Counted from the stretch's first letter, positions 8,420 through 17,668 are shown. The stretch is 32,000 nucleotides of DNA from Crocosphaera subtropica ATCC 51142 (GCF_000017845.1 NC_010546.1:4740001-4772000), one strand, 5' to 3'. Translations and numbers: made by a program. The notes: generated by a model not told the origin, from the sequence alone.

Positions 8420-9772
8420 TTAGGAATGGATAATCAACTTCTCTAACGCATCTTGTAAATTTTGGGTTAACGTAGTCACTGCTTGACGACGATTACTTTT
8501 ATAGGCATCAAAACGATCAGAAACAGATAGGGGTTCACCTACAGTAATGAACACTTTTTGTTGACCCAGTTGAGGACGAAATAAGGGGTTTTCTCCTTTA
8601 ATTTTTGCTACAAAATCCCACAATAATAAAACCGTATCTGCAAACCGTTCTGCTGTGGGTTTATCTTTGACGTAATACCCGGTTACTGCTACAAAAGACT
8701 CTACTAAACGCATATGCCACATTCTTAAACTGGCTTCTTCAGCAATGCGATCGCCTAACCCTTTTTCCACTGATGATAATTTATTCATCTCTTTAAAATC
8801 ATCCCGATAAATATACTCCCATCCGGCTTGTTCTAAACGGCGACAGCGATCAATCATCGTTCCTTTCGGTTTTAGATCAAAGTAAGTTTCTGCTACTTCT
8901 AAACCAATATTCAGTAATTTTTGTAACCTTTCTTGGAAAGTTTGGTCTGGTAAATTAGGTAACTCTCGATGATAAAATTGTCGATAAAAATTTTCCATCA
9001 CCCCTAAAAAATGTTCTCCTAATTGATATAATCGTTTATACAATTTTGCAGGATCTATGGAATGATCTTGAGAGGAAATGCCAGCATCTTTTTCTAACTG
9101 AGTTAACAATTGTTCAATGGCTTGCCAAGGAGGAGAAATATAGAAATATTGAATGCCAATGGGAACAATGAACACCGTTTCGTTGCGGTTAGCTTTGCGT
9201 AAATCTTCTGTACACCAAAACCCTAATTGAGAGATCCCTGGTTCTAAGGGACTAATAATTTCATTATGACCGTTGGTTGCTCCTTCCGGGGCTGCTGCGA
9301 TGGGAAATTGACTATTGGCAAATAATTCTCTTGCTGAACGTAACCCAGGAATATCTAACTTACTTCTTTGTATGGATGTTCCCCCTAATTGAGAGTATAG
9401 CCAACCCACTCCAGAACCTGCCCATAATGGAATCCCTCGGTCATAAATAAAGTGAGAATGAATAGGATTTTTTAAAGTAATTTTCTTGTCTTTTGCTATT
9501 TTGGGTAGCAGTTTCCAGACCAAATATCCCATGCAATAGGGATCATTAACACTGGGATGACGAAAGGCCATTAAAAAGCGGATTTTTCCGTCTTGAAATT
9601 GTTGATAAAGGTTTGCTAATTGTGCAACATTTTTACCTTCAATATCTTGAATGTTAGTTTGCCATTGTAACCATAAGGGTAATAAAGTTTTGACACTGCG
9701 CCAGATCCAAGGGTTAAAATTGGGCGGAATATACTCTAAAGGAGGTTGAGCATGATTTGAATTTTGATTCAT
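8420..9772 (-). CDS. Large phospholipid/glycerol acyltransferase-family protein (HX4D)
   Basis: Motif I is HPSVND (in FRHPSVNDP) and motif III is APEGATNG. The track ORF extends to a TTG at 9808, overlapping pspA by 35 nt. The first ATG is at 9772, 1 nt after the pspA-like stop (9774-9776). Confidence 0.8.
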   Translation of the reverse strand: MNQNSNHAQPPLEYIPPNFNPWIWRSVKTLLPLWLQWQTNIQDIEGKNVAQLANLYQQFQDGKIRFLMAFRHPSVNDPYCMGYLVWKLLPKIAKDKKITLKNPIHSHFIYDRGIPLWAGSGVGWLYSQLGGTSIQRSKLDIPGLRSARELFANSQFPIAAAPEGATNGHNEIISPLEPGISQLGFWCTEDLRKANRNETVFIVPIGIQYFYISPPWQAIEQLLTQLEKDAGISSQDHSIDPAKLYKRLYQLGEHFLGVMENFYRQFYHRELPNLPDQTFQERLQKLLNIGLEVAETYFDLKPKGTMIDRCRRLEQAGWEYIYRDDFKEMNKLSSVEKGLGDRIAEEASLRMWHMRLVESFVAVTGYYVKDKPTAERFADTVLLLWDFVAKIKGENPLFRPQLGQQKVFITVGEPLSVSDRFDAYKSNRRQAVTTLTQNLQDALEKLIIHS

Positions 9773-9773
9773 T

Positions 9774-10469
9774 TTATAGTTGATCAAGTTTAGACCTAAG
9801 TTCGTCAATTTCTGCTTGGGAATTTTTGGCTTTTAATTTCGCTATTTCTTTTTCTACTTTTTTATTATTTTCTAACTCCATAAATTTTGTTTCTAAGGGA
9901 TCAGGAATTTTACCCATTACGGCTGATTGGGTTTCTAATTCTAAAATTTGCTGATCAATTCTTTCAAACAGATTATTAGAATTATAAGGGTCGAAGTTTC
10001 CTAACACTTCATGAAGTTTTTGGGATGCCATAGCCGAACGAAGTCGAGCGAGATAAAGATTTTTTTTTGTTTTAGCTTCCCGTTCTTTATGTTCAATGTT
10101 TCTTAACTCGTTTTTTAGCCGTTCAATAATCTCATTTTGTTCTATCAGTTGGGTTTGAATACTATTCGCTTGTTGTTGATAAGATTGACGTTTAACTAAA
10201 GCTTCTCTGGCTAAGGTTTCATTCCCTTTGGACATGGCGAACTCTGCCCTTTCGTACCAGGTTTGGCCTGCTTTTTCATAACGAGATAATTGACGTTCTG
10301 CGCTTTTGTGAGTAGCGATCGCTTCTGCTAAAGCCCGACGCATCGCAATCAACTCCTGTTCCATGTGAGCAATGGCATCGTCTAATAATTTTTCGGGGTC
10401 TTCTGCTTCATGAACTAAGCTATTGAGATGACCCCTAACAACTCGACTCACTCTTTCTAACCATCCCAT
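9774..10469 (-). CDS. PspA/IM30 (Vipp1) family membrane-remodelling protein
   Basis: 231-aa all-helical ORF. The N-terminus MGWLERVSRVVRGHLNSLVHEAEDPEKLLD is typical of the family. The C-terminal AEIDELRSKLDQL resembles the extra terminal helix of Vipp1 but with a much shorter linker. Confidence 0.9.
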   Translation of the reverse strand: MGWLERVSRVVRGHLNSLVHEAEDPEKLLDDAIAHMEQELIAMRRALAEAIATHKSAERQLSRYEKAGQTWYERAEFAMSKGNETLAREALVKRQSYQQQANSIQTQLIEQNEIIERLKNELRNIEHKEREAKTKKNLYLARLRSAMASQKLHEVLGNFDPYNSNNLFERIDQQILELETQSAVMGKIPDPLETKFMELENNKKVEKEIAKLKAKNSQAEIDELRSKLDQL

Positions 10470-10586
10470 TCCTGTTCTCCTATTCTTCTCTTAATTTTGC
10501 CTCTAATAACAGTGTATCAAGCTCTTCCGTCTTCAGTAATCCTTAGGAAGTTCTCAATAATAACAATTCAAAACAATTATGACCGA

Positions 10587-11615
10587 TTATTGAAGATTGA
10601 TCCCTGGGGAAGTTTCTGAATCTAACACGTCTCGTTGTTGAAGTTGTTCGAGATGTTTAACTTGTTTTGGTAATAATTCTTGAGGAAGTTCGTTGACTCC
10701 GTTTTGCATTTCTACACGGGTTTTGTGATTGAATCCCAGAGGAATATTAGTTTGATTGGTTTCTTCCATTTTTAACTGTTGTTTAATGGCTTGGCGAACT
10801 CGTTCATCTTTAGAAGCGGGTTCGTTAGCGGTAGGAGGTGGTGGGGGTTCAATGGCCATAGTCGGAACCCTTGCTGGTTGGGGGGAGGGAGGCGTAGGAC
10901 GAGGAATCTCAGCAACGGGAATAGTGGAAGGGGGTAGGGGAGCAGTTTTTGGGGCTTGAGGCACTTTTAGAGGGGTTGTGGCCATCTGATAGTGGTTTGA
11001 GGTTTGGGGTTGTAGAGACGGAGGTAAGATGGCGTTAGTCAGGCTTAGAGGCTGATTAACATTAACCACTGTTTCCTTTGGAGTGGGAGTCGAAGGAGTG
11101 GTTTTGGCAACGGTTTGAGGAGAGGGTGACCCATTGGAGACGGTACTCAGTGAATCTACCGTAACTTGATCAGGGGATTGTCTAGCAATATTGAGACTTT
11201 TGGGGATAGATAAGTTAGAAGCAGAGGGATCAAGGGGAAGATTAGCAGATTCAGATTGTTGAGGGGTTTGCTGAATTTTCCATAACTGCACTCCGCCAAT
11301 AGTCAAATTAGCGACGATGATCAAAGATAATGATCCCAGTCCCCAAGGGGTGCTTAAGGAGGTTAACCATTCTTTAAACCATAGGAGTAGGGAGTCATCA
11401 TTTGGGGGTTGAGGTGTTTGGTTTTTTTCCGAAATAGGATAATAAGTCAGATTAATGGGGTTTTCATCTTCATCCATCTCCGTAGCAGTCATGGGGGTTT
11501 CTGCAATGATTTCTGCATCTATAGGTTGATCCCCTTGATTATTAGGGAGATTAGGGGACTGAGTAGGATGATTAGGGGCATTCTCAGTAAAATTAGGATT
11601 ATTATTAGGATTCAT
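10587..11615 (-). CDS. Hypothetical single-pass membrane protein with long Pro/Ser/Thr-rich low-complexity region
   Basis: 342-aa ORF with ATG start. It has one hydrophobic segment (GLGSLSLIIVANLTIGGVQLW) followed by a P/S/T-rich stretch. It is co-directional with and upstream of the PspA-like gene. I recognise no family. Confidence 0.6.
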   Translation of the reverse strand: MNPNNNPNFTENAPNHPTQSPNLPNNQGDQPIDAEIIAETPMTATEMDEDENPINLTYYPISEKNQTPQPPNDDSLLLWFKEWLTSLSTPWGLGSLSLIIVANLTIGGVQLWKIQQTPQQSESANLPLDPSASNLSIPKSLNIARQSPDQVTVDSLSTVSNGSPSPQTVAKTTPSTPTPKETVVNVNQPLSLTNAILPPSLQPQTSNHYQMATTPLKVPQAPKTAPLPPSTIPVAEIPRPTPPSPQPARVPTMAIEPPPPPTANEPASKDERVRQAIKQQLKMEETNQTNIPLGFNHKTRVEMQNGVNELPQELLPKQVKHLEQLQQRDVLDSETSPGINLQ

Positions 11616-11722
11616 GATATTACAGGAATTTTTATTAGGGACTCAAGTAAGGCTTCAATTATTTATATGTTCAGGTTTAACATATTCTAAAGTAAATCAC
11701 ACTTAATTGAGATCCATTCCTT

Positions 11723-11739
11723 GAACAGTGAACAGTGAC
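11723..11739. repeat. Heptamer repeat (GAACAGT x2 plus partial), left bracket of structured element
   Basis: GAACAGT GAACAGT GAC. The unit resembles the STRR3-type heptamer CAACAGT and is the inverted complement (1 mismatch per unit) of the array at 11919-11942. Confidence 0.6.
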
Positions 11740-11794
11740 CGATAAATTTAACTGATACTTCGACATCGCTTAGCTGTGGAACACGGGATAAAGC

Positions 11795-11910
11795 CTATCG
11801 CCAGACTGTAAGCCGTAGTCATAGAGGACGCAAGCAATCTACTACTCTGCTAGTCTCTGGGTTGGAAGCCAGCACCGTACGCTTGCGTCGGTGTCTGGTA
11901 GTTCACTACC
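11795..11910. other. GC-rich multi-stem element: candidate structured RNA (3' UTR or independent sRNA) or MITE-like insert
   Basis: Nested perfect stems are CCAGAC (11801-06)/GTCTGG (11893-98) and GACGCAAGC (11827-35)/GCTTGCGTC (11881-89). Internal hairpins are ACTA-CTCTGC-TAGT (11841-54) and CTGG-GTTGGAAG-CCAG (11857-72), plus GGTAG-TTCA-CTACC (11897-11910). All six frames are closed by stops. Confidence 0.3.
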
Positions 11911-11918
11911 AATAACCA

Positions 11919-11942
11919 GATCACTGATAACTGATCACTGAT
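11919..11942. repeat. Heptamer tandem array (GATCACT GATAACT GATCACT GAT), right bracket
   Basis: Three units directly abut the stop codon (11943-11945) of the DHH gene. The array is inverted relative to 11723-11739. Confidence 0.6.
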
Positions 11943-13184
11943 TTAAGCATGAACCACTTCGTTTTTGGGGTTGACTAATCTTAAGAGTTTTTGTTTGATT
12001 TGGGTATCTACTAATTCCCATTTCAGTTTGGTGTAGTCGCTGTTATCGTTACTACCGCCAAAAAATCCCATAGAAATCTCAAACCCCCCGGCCATTTCTC
12101 GGCCACCGCCATAATAACGGCCTTGAGGATTTTTCCCTAGGGCTTCTTTAAGAAATTCATCGGGGTCAAGGGTCAGTTTATGGGTGCGTAAAGAACCGAT
12201 CACCACTTCAATGTCATGATCTTCGTCATGAATAATGCCATAGACAACCGCAGTGTGTATATTTTCCTCTGTCACTAGAAAATCGGCCGCTTGGGGAATA
12301 GCATCTCTATCTTCGTACCGTAGATAACCCACACCAGCAATGGAAACGTTATTTTGAATAAGGCGATTTTTCAACGCTCGTTCTATGACATCCATGACAC
12401 GATGCGATCGCGCTGACTGTAGCACAGCATTTAATAATTGAGGATCATAGACACGAGATAAATAAGCAGCGGCCAGTAAGTCTTGTTCTTGGGCTTGTCG
12501 TAAGCCATTGGTATCGGAACGAAGGCCGTGCATTAAGGCTGTGGCACACTTAACATGGGTATTATTGTTACTGTTAAAATCCAGTAGTCCGGCTTGGATA
12601 TATTGGGTCAAAATAGTGGCCGTTGCCCGAATTTTAGGTCGTAGATCGATAAATTCTGCTTGGATATTCCCTTGTTTACTATGATGGTCAATTACAATCA
12701 CAATGGGAATTTTAGCCTGTTTGACATAGGGCATTAATTGACTGGTGTTACCTTGAGAGTCCACCAATACGCATCCTTGATAAATCGATAAATCCCGATC
12801 TTTGAGGCTATTGGTACTCCATCGTGTTGCTGGCAACCCTGTTAATTTAACTAAGGCAATGTTTTCTTGGTGAGAGAGGGTTCCTGCATAAACAATGTCA
12901 CATTCTATCTCATAGGGTTGCGCCATTAATTGATAAGCCCAAGCACTCGAAAGGGCATCGGGATCTGGAAAATCTTGAATGACCACAATATGACGCTCAC
13001 CACGATGATTTTCTAGGGTCTGTTGTAGTTTTTGAGCCAGTTTTCCCAAAGACAGATATTGACTCCCTGTTTCTGTTTCTAATGCCGTATCTGCCCCTAT
13101 GTTACCTTCTGCTTGACTTAAGGTCGATGGTAATTGGTCTGGTTTGTTATTGTTACCGTTGGGCGTAAGTAAGGGTGATTTCAT
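11943..13184 (-). CDS. DHH-family phosphoesterase (NrnA-like oligoribonuclease/pAp phosphatase type) with ~60-aa N-terminal extension
   Basis: 413-aa ORF with DHH-family motifs QDFPDPDALSS, VLVDSQG and VIDHHS, and a DHHA1-like YGGGREMAGGF. Confidence 0.85.
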   Translation of the reverse strand: MKSPLLTPNGNNNKPDQLPSTLSQAEGNIGADTALETETGSQYLSLGKLAQKLQQTLENHRGERHIVVIQDFPDPDALSSAWAYQLMAQPYEIECDIVYAGTLSHQENIALVKLTGLPATRWSTNSLKDRDLSIYQGCVLVDSQGNTSQLMPYVKQAKIPIVIVIDHHSKQGNIQAEFIDLRPKIRATATILTQYIQAGLLDFNSNNNTHVKCATALMHGLRSDTNGLRQAQEQDLLAAAYLSRVYDPQLLNAVLQSARSHRVMDVIERALKNRLIQNNVSIAGVGYLRYEDRDAIPQAADFLVTEENIHTAVVYGIIHDEDHDIEVVIGSLRTHKLTLDPDEFLKEALGKNPQGRYYGGGREMAGGFEISMGFFGGSNDNSDYTKLKWELVDTQIKQKLLRLVNPKNEVVHA

Positions 13185-13718
13185 CTGTTAAGCTTGAGTT
13201 CAGGAACGATCTTATTTATTTTATTGAGGTAACTTGAGGTAAAAGTTTACCATTTATCTAATCATTTGTATAACTATAGGTAGATTGATGAAGTGTCAAT
13301 ATAGGTTAATGGAATCTAAATGTATATTTGACTACTTTACTGAGTTTTCACTTACTATCATTCTATCGGATTTTTCATAACGATTCAAGGAACTTAGTTA
13401 AAAAATTCTTCTACTGGAAATCTTAGAAAAAATTAAGACTTTCAGGATTTTCAATAGCTTCTTTAGATTTTTAAATAGGGTTTATTAATTAATAATTATT
13501 TATTGCTAAAGAACCCTCTCTCAAAAAGGTAGCCAAAGCACACAAAAGCTTTTATCATAGAAATTTCACCAACCCTCAAGGTATCAATGAACCTGAGACT
13601 ATCTACACTTCTGTTTACGATAGTCTTAAAATTCCTATTGAAAACTATAAAATCTTTATCTTAGTTAATTTTTCTTATTACTCTCTGAACACAGAAACAG
13701 AATAGTTTTTTTGTACTT

Positions 13719-14507
13719 ATGTCCTGGTTAATCAAAAAAATCGTCTCTTTTCTTTCGGTTTATTATGCTCATATGCTAGAGTATCGAGCAGAAATCTTTT
13801 TTTGGGTGCTTTCTGGTTCTTTGCCAATTATTTTAATGGGAGTGTGGATTCAAGCTGCTCAAGGAGGAGATTTTTCTTTAAGTTCAGTTGAGTTTGCCCG
13901 TTATTTTTTCTGTGTTTTTCAAGTGCGTCAATTTACCAATGTTTGGGTTATTTGGGATTTTGAAAAAGAAGTCATCGAAGGAAAATTATCCTTTAAATTA
14001 TTGTATCCCGTTGATCCCGCTTGGTATCATGTAGCCAGACATATTGCTGAAAAAATAACACGCTTTCCTATTGCTATTTTGATTACCTTATTATTCTTTT
14101 GGCTATATCCTCAAGCAGTTTGGATGCCAAAGATAACTAATATTATATTAGGATTAATAGCTGTTGTTTTATCTTTCACGTTAAGGTTTATTATTCAATA
14201 TACGTTAGCAATGTTTTGTTTTTGGATAGAGCGAGCTAGTGCGGTTCAACAATTTTGGTTTCTATTTGATATCTTTTTATCAGGAATAACAGCCCCTTTA
14301 GATGTATTTCCTCCTACTGTTCGAGATATTGTTTTATTGACTCCTTTTCCTTACACGGTATATTTTCCAGCTTCTTTATTTATCAATCGTCCCCTGAATA
14401 TTATGTTGAGTTTTCTCATTATGTTAGCATGGATTGTTATGTTTTTTGTACTTAATCGTTGGTTATGGAAAAAAGGATTAAAACAGTATTCAGGAATGGG
14501 AGCATAA
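13719..14507 (+). CDS. ABC-2 family transporter permease (ABC2_membrane_6 / COG3694-COG4587 type)
   Basis: 262-aa ORF with 6 predicted TM segments. The N-terminal ...MLEYRAEIFFWVLSGSLPIIL... is typical of this permease family. No ATPase or partner permease lies adjacent. Confidence 0.7.
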   Translation: MSWLIKKIVSFLSVYYAHMLEYRAEIFFWVLSGSLPIILMGVWIQAAQGGDFSLSSVEFARYFFCVFQVRQFTNVWVIWDFEKEVIEGKLSFKLLYPVDPAWYHVARHIAEKITRFPIAILITLLFFWLYPQAVWMPKITNIILGLIAVVLSFTLRFIIQYTLAMFCFWIERASAVQQFWFLFDIFLSGITAPLDVFPPTVRDIVLLTPFPYTVYFPASLFINRPLNIMLSFLIMLAWIVMFFVLNRWLWKKGLKQYSGMGA

Positions 14508-14565
14508 CTAACAGTTATCAGAAATTATTGACCTAAAAAATTGTTCATCCTAAACTTGGAAGCCC

Positions 14566-16647
14566 ATGCAAAAGTTTATTGCTATTTTATTAACAACGAT
14601 ATTAGGAATATTATTAATTTTTACTGTCCCCAGTTTGAGTAAAAATTCTTCAGAAATCCTGTGGGATACTTGGGGAATTCCTCATATTTACGCCAAAAAT
14701 AATACCAGTTTATTTCAAGCTTTTGGATGGTCACAAACGAAAAGTCATGGCAATTTACTATTAAAATTATATGGACAAGCAAGGGGAAAAGCAGCAGAAT
14801 ATTGGGGAATTAATTATTTAGAATCTGATCAATACGTCAGAACAATGGGAATTCCAAAAAGAGCGCAACAATGGTATGAAGAACAAACTCCAGAAATGCG
14901 AACCTATTTAGATAGTTTTGCTCAAGGAATTAATGATTACGTTCAACAGCATCCTGATGAAATACAAGAAGACTTAAAACAAGTTTTACCCGTGACAGGA
15001 ACGGATATTTTAGGACATTTTCAACGGGTCATTTATTTTTACTTTTTAACCAATCCTAGAGAAATTAAAGCCTTACAAAATTTACCCTCACAAGCAGGAT
15101 CGAATGCTTGGGCGATCGCACCTAAAAAAGCGTTAAATAATCATGCAATTTTATTAGCCAATCCCCATTTACCTTGGTCAGATTTCTATCTCTGGTATGA
15201 AGCGCAATTAACCGCCCCTGATCTCAATTTATATGGTGCAACTCTGGTAGGAATGCCTGCTTTAGCCATTGCTTTTAACGATAATTTAGGGTGGACATTT
15301 ACTTTCAATCCTATAGACGGAGCCGATATTTATCAATTAAAACTACAAGAAGAAAATTATTTATTTAATGGACAATTAATTCCCTTAAAACAAGAAATTG
15401 AGACAATTAAAATTCGTCAACCTAGTGGAAACTTTACTGAACTACAAATAGGAATCAAACGATCTATTCATGGCATAATTATTGAACAACAAAAAGACAT
15501 CGGTTATGCCTTAAGAGTCGCAGGGTTGGATCGCTCTGGCAGTTTAGAACAATTATGGAACATGGGAAAAGCTAAAAATTTAAACGAATTTGAAATAAGT
15601 TTAAAACAATTACAACTTCCTTTGTTTAATGTAATTTATGCCGATAAAAAAGAAAATATTATGTATCTCTTTCATGGATTAATTCCCATTCGCTCCCAAG
15701 GAAATTGGGAAAATTGGGGAGGTATTATTGCAGGAGATACCTCAGAAACCCTATGGCAAAATTATCATGAATATGAACAATTACCTCGTCTTCTTAATCC
15801 TAAAAATGGCTGGTTACAAAATACCAACGATCCCCCGTGGACTAGCACTGATCCCCCTGCTTTAAAAGCAGAAGACTTTCCCCCCTATTTTGCTCCAAAA
15901 TATCTAGGCCAAGTAACGGATATTTTGCGATCGCAGCGTTCTATTGAATTATTAAACGAGTCGGATCAACTCAGTTTAGAAGACGTAATTAACAACAAAT
16001 TTTCCTCTAAATTATTGATAACCGATCGCTTGTTAGATATCCTTATTTCCACCACCAAAGCCTTAGCCAACCCCATTGGCATAGAAGCAGCAGAAGTCCT
16101 GGAACAATGGGATCGTCAAACCAATCCTGACAGTCGTGGTGCGGTACTTTTTATGTTATGGGCAACTACTTTAGAATCCAAAGGTTTATTCTCCAAACCC
16201 TGGAACCCCGAAAACCCCCTAGAAACTCCTACCGGGTTAGCGGATATTAACACCGCAGTCGCCGTGTTAGAAGGCATCGCAGCACAGGTAAACCTTTTGT
16301 ACGGTTCCCTAGACGTTCCTTGGGGAGACGTGGTGAGAATGCGTGTCGGAGAGCAAGATGTAGCAGCTAGGGGAGGGCCTGGGAAATTAGGAAGTTTTCA
16401 GGTTTTAGGCATACAAGCAGCCCCAGATAAGAAATTTCAAGTGATGTCTGGGGACAGTTTCATGATGGCTGTAGAATTTTCTGATCCCATTCAAGCCCAA
16501 GGGTTGACAGTATACGGTAATGCAACGCAACCCGACTCATCCCATAGAGGGGATCAATTATCGTTATACCAACAAGGGAAAATGCGTCCTCTCTGGCGCG
16601 ATCGCTCTATTATTGAACAGCACCTAGAATTAAGAGAAAGTTTCTGA
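14566..16647 (+). CDS. Penicillin acylase family (peptidase S45, Ntn-hydrolase); likely acyl-homoserine-lactone acylase type
   Basis: 693-aa ORF with a signal peptide. It has the autoprocessing/nucleophile site ...PSQAG-SNAWAIAP... and PvdQ/AiiC-like overall architecture. Confidence 0.88.
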   Translation: MQKFIAILLTTILGILLIFTVPSLSKNSSEILWDTWGIPHIYAKNNTSLFQAFGWSQTKSHGNLLLKLYGQARGKAAEYWGINYLESDQYVRTMGIPKRAQQWYEEQTPEMRTYLDSFAQGINDYVQQHPDEIQEDLKQVLPVTGTDILGHFQRVIYFYFLTNPREIKALQNLPSQAGSNAWAIAPKKALNNHAILLANPHLPWSDFYLWYEAQLTAPDLNLYGATLVGMPALAIAFNDNLGWTFTFNPIDGADIYQLKLQEENYLFNGQLIPLKQEIETIKIRQPSGNFTELQIGIKRSIHGIIIEQQKDIGYALRVAGLDRSGSLEQLWNMGKAKNLNEFEISLKQLQLPLFNVIYADKKENIMYLFHGLIPIRSQGNWENWGGIIAGDTSETLWQNYHEYEQLPRLLNPKNGWLQNTNDPPWTSTDPPALKAEDFPPYFAPKYLGQVTDILRSQRSIELLNESDQLSLEDVINNKFSSKLLITDRLLDILISTTKALANPIGIEAAEVLEQWDRQTNPDSRGAVLFMLWATTLESKGLFSKPWNPENPLETPTGLADINTAVAVLEGIAAQVNLLYGSLDVPWGDVVRMRVGEQDVAARGGPGKLGSFQVLGIQAAPDKKFQVMSGDSFMMAVEFSDPIQAQGLTVYGNATQPDSSHRGDQLSLYQQGKMRPLWRDRSIIEQHLELRESF

Positions 16648-16681
16648 TATATCCGTAAAATTACTGAGAAACACCGATTAA

Positions 16682-16716
16682 AAGTTATACACCAAGTTAT
16701 ACACCAAGTTATACGC
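16682..16716 (+). repeat. 12-bp tandem direct repeat (AAGTTATACACC x2 plus AAGTTATACGC)
   Basis: Read directly from the sequence. It lies 74-108 nt upstream of the PEP-CTERM gene start at 16790. Confidence 0.8.
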
Positions 16717-16789
16717 TGTGCTAACACCACATGGCTAGATTGTCCCTTTTAATAGAAAGGTCAGTAAATTTAACTAACTACATCTAACC

Positions 16790-17668
16790 ATGAGTCAACA
16801 CAGAAAAGCCTTATCTAAGTATTTACTTCCTATAGCTTTTACAGGAGTAACAACTATTGGTGTCAACCTCGGTACAGTTTTATCAGCGTCGGCGCAAATT
16901 ATTGAAGTGCCTTTAGTTCCTCAACAAGAAGGGGAAGTTAACCTATCTGGTTCAGGAATCACTTGTTTGGACTCCAATCAATGTTTAAACGTTCCCAGTC
17001 TAGTTGGGCCAATTACTAATATTGAAAGTTTAGTGGATTCCACCACAGGAACTAAGAGTCGTCTTTTTGTTGATAACTTCGGTACCGAGAATACCTATGG
17101 TTCGGACAAAAAAACCCAAGTTATATTTGGCATCATTGACTTACCCGGTGGTGGAACAACCTCCCCTGTCGTTGATGCTATGGGAAACCCCATCTACTGG
17201 TATCGTCCTTCAGAACGTAAATTAAACGGAGGAACCGAAGAAAAAGGAAACTTAGAAGTGGGAACCTTCAAATTCTCCTTTTCTCCCACTATCCCAGAAA
17301 TCAAAATTCAATATTTTGATGTAGAAAGTGCTAATACGACTGGTCTTCTGGGAGTGATTGATCAAAGCCAGACTAATGCTACTTTAGTTAGTGGTGAAAA
17401 CCCAATTTCCTTTAAAGTAGGGGACAAAACTATTTACGAGCAAATTTGGCAGGATGTTAACTTTATGACCATCAAATTAGGGAACGATACTATGCTAGGA
17501 ACAGGTGATGGGGTTAACTTCATTATTACAAATCGCATTGATAACAATATTGATCCCACTGCAGTACCTGAACCTTTGACCATTTTAGGAGCAGGTACTG
17601 CTATGGGTTTTGGTGGTTTCTTCAAGAAAAAACTAGCTAAATCCTCCAAGAAAAAGGATCAGGCTTAG
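16790..17668 (+). CDS. Secreted PEP-CTERM sorting-domain protein (possibly the LEVG PEP-CTERM family)
   Basis: 292-aa ORF with an N-terminal signal peptide. The C-terminal VPEPLTILGAGTAMGFGGFF + KKKLAKSSKKK is a PEP motif, a TM helix and a basic tail. The internal GNLEVGTFKF motif suggests the LEVG family, but that name is from memory and unverified. Confidence 0.8.
   Translation: MSQHRKALSKYLLPIAFTGVTTIGVNLGTVLSASAQIIEVPLVPQQEGEVNLSGSGITCLDSNQCLNVPSLVGPITNIESLVDSTTGTKSRLFVDNFGTENTYGSDKKTQVIFGIIDLPGGGTTSPVVDAMGNPIYWYRPSERKLNGGTEEKGNLEVGTFKFSFSPTIPEIKIQYFDVESANTTGLLGVIDQSQTNATLVSGENPISFKVGDKTIYEQIWQDVNFMTIKLGNDTMLGTGDGVNFIITNRIDNNIDPTAVPEPLTILGAGTAMGFGGFFKKKLAKSSKKKDQA

Noticed and set aside
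10756-11690. ORFs 10756-10959 (+) and 11409-11690 (+) antisense to the Pro-rich gene
   Set aside because: Their Gly-rich and Ile/Arg-rich products are mirror images of low-complexity coding sequence on the other strand.
11795-11910. Identity of the structured element as SRP RNA, 6S RNA, cobalamin, glycine or c-di-GMP riboswitch, or group II intron domain V
   Set aside because: There are local resemblances: GGAAGCCAGCACC versus the SRP helix 8 3' strand, CGCCAGACTGTAAG versus the cobalamin core, CTCTGG...CACCG versus glycine, and GGACGCAAGC versus GEMM. Each lacks the rest of the required consensus, such as a closed GGAA tetraloop, a B12 box with GACC, or GGGAA. The fold is a branched junction rather than a 6S rod. 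No suitable downstream gene exists on the + strand for a riboswitch.
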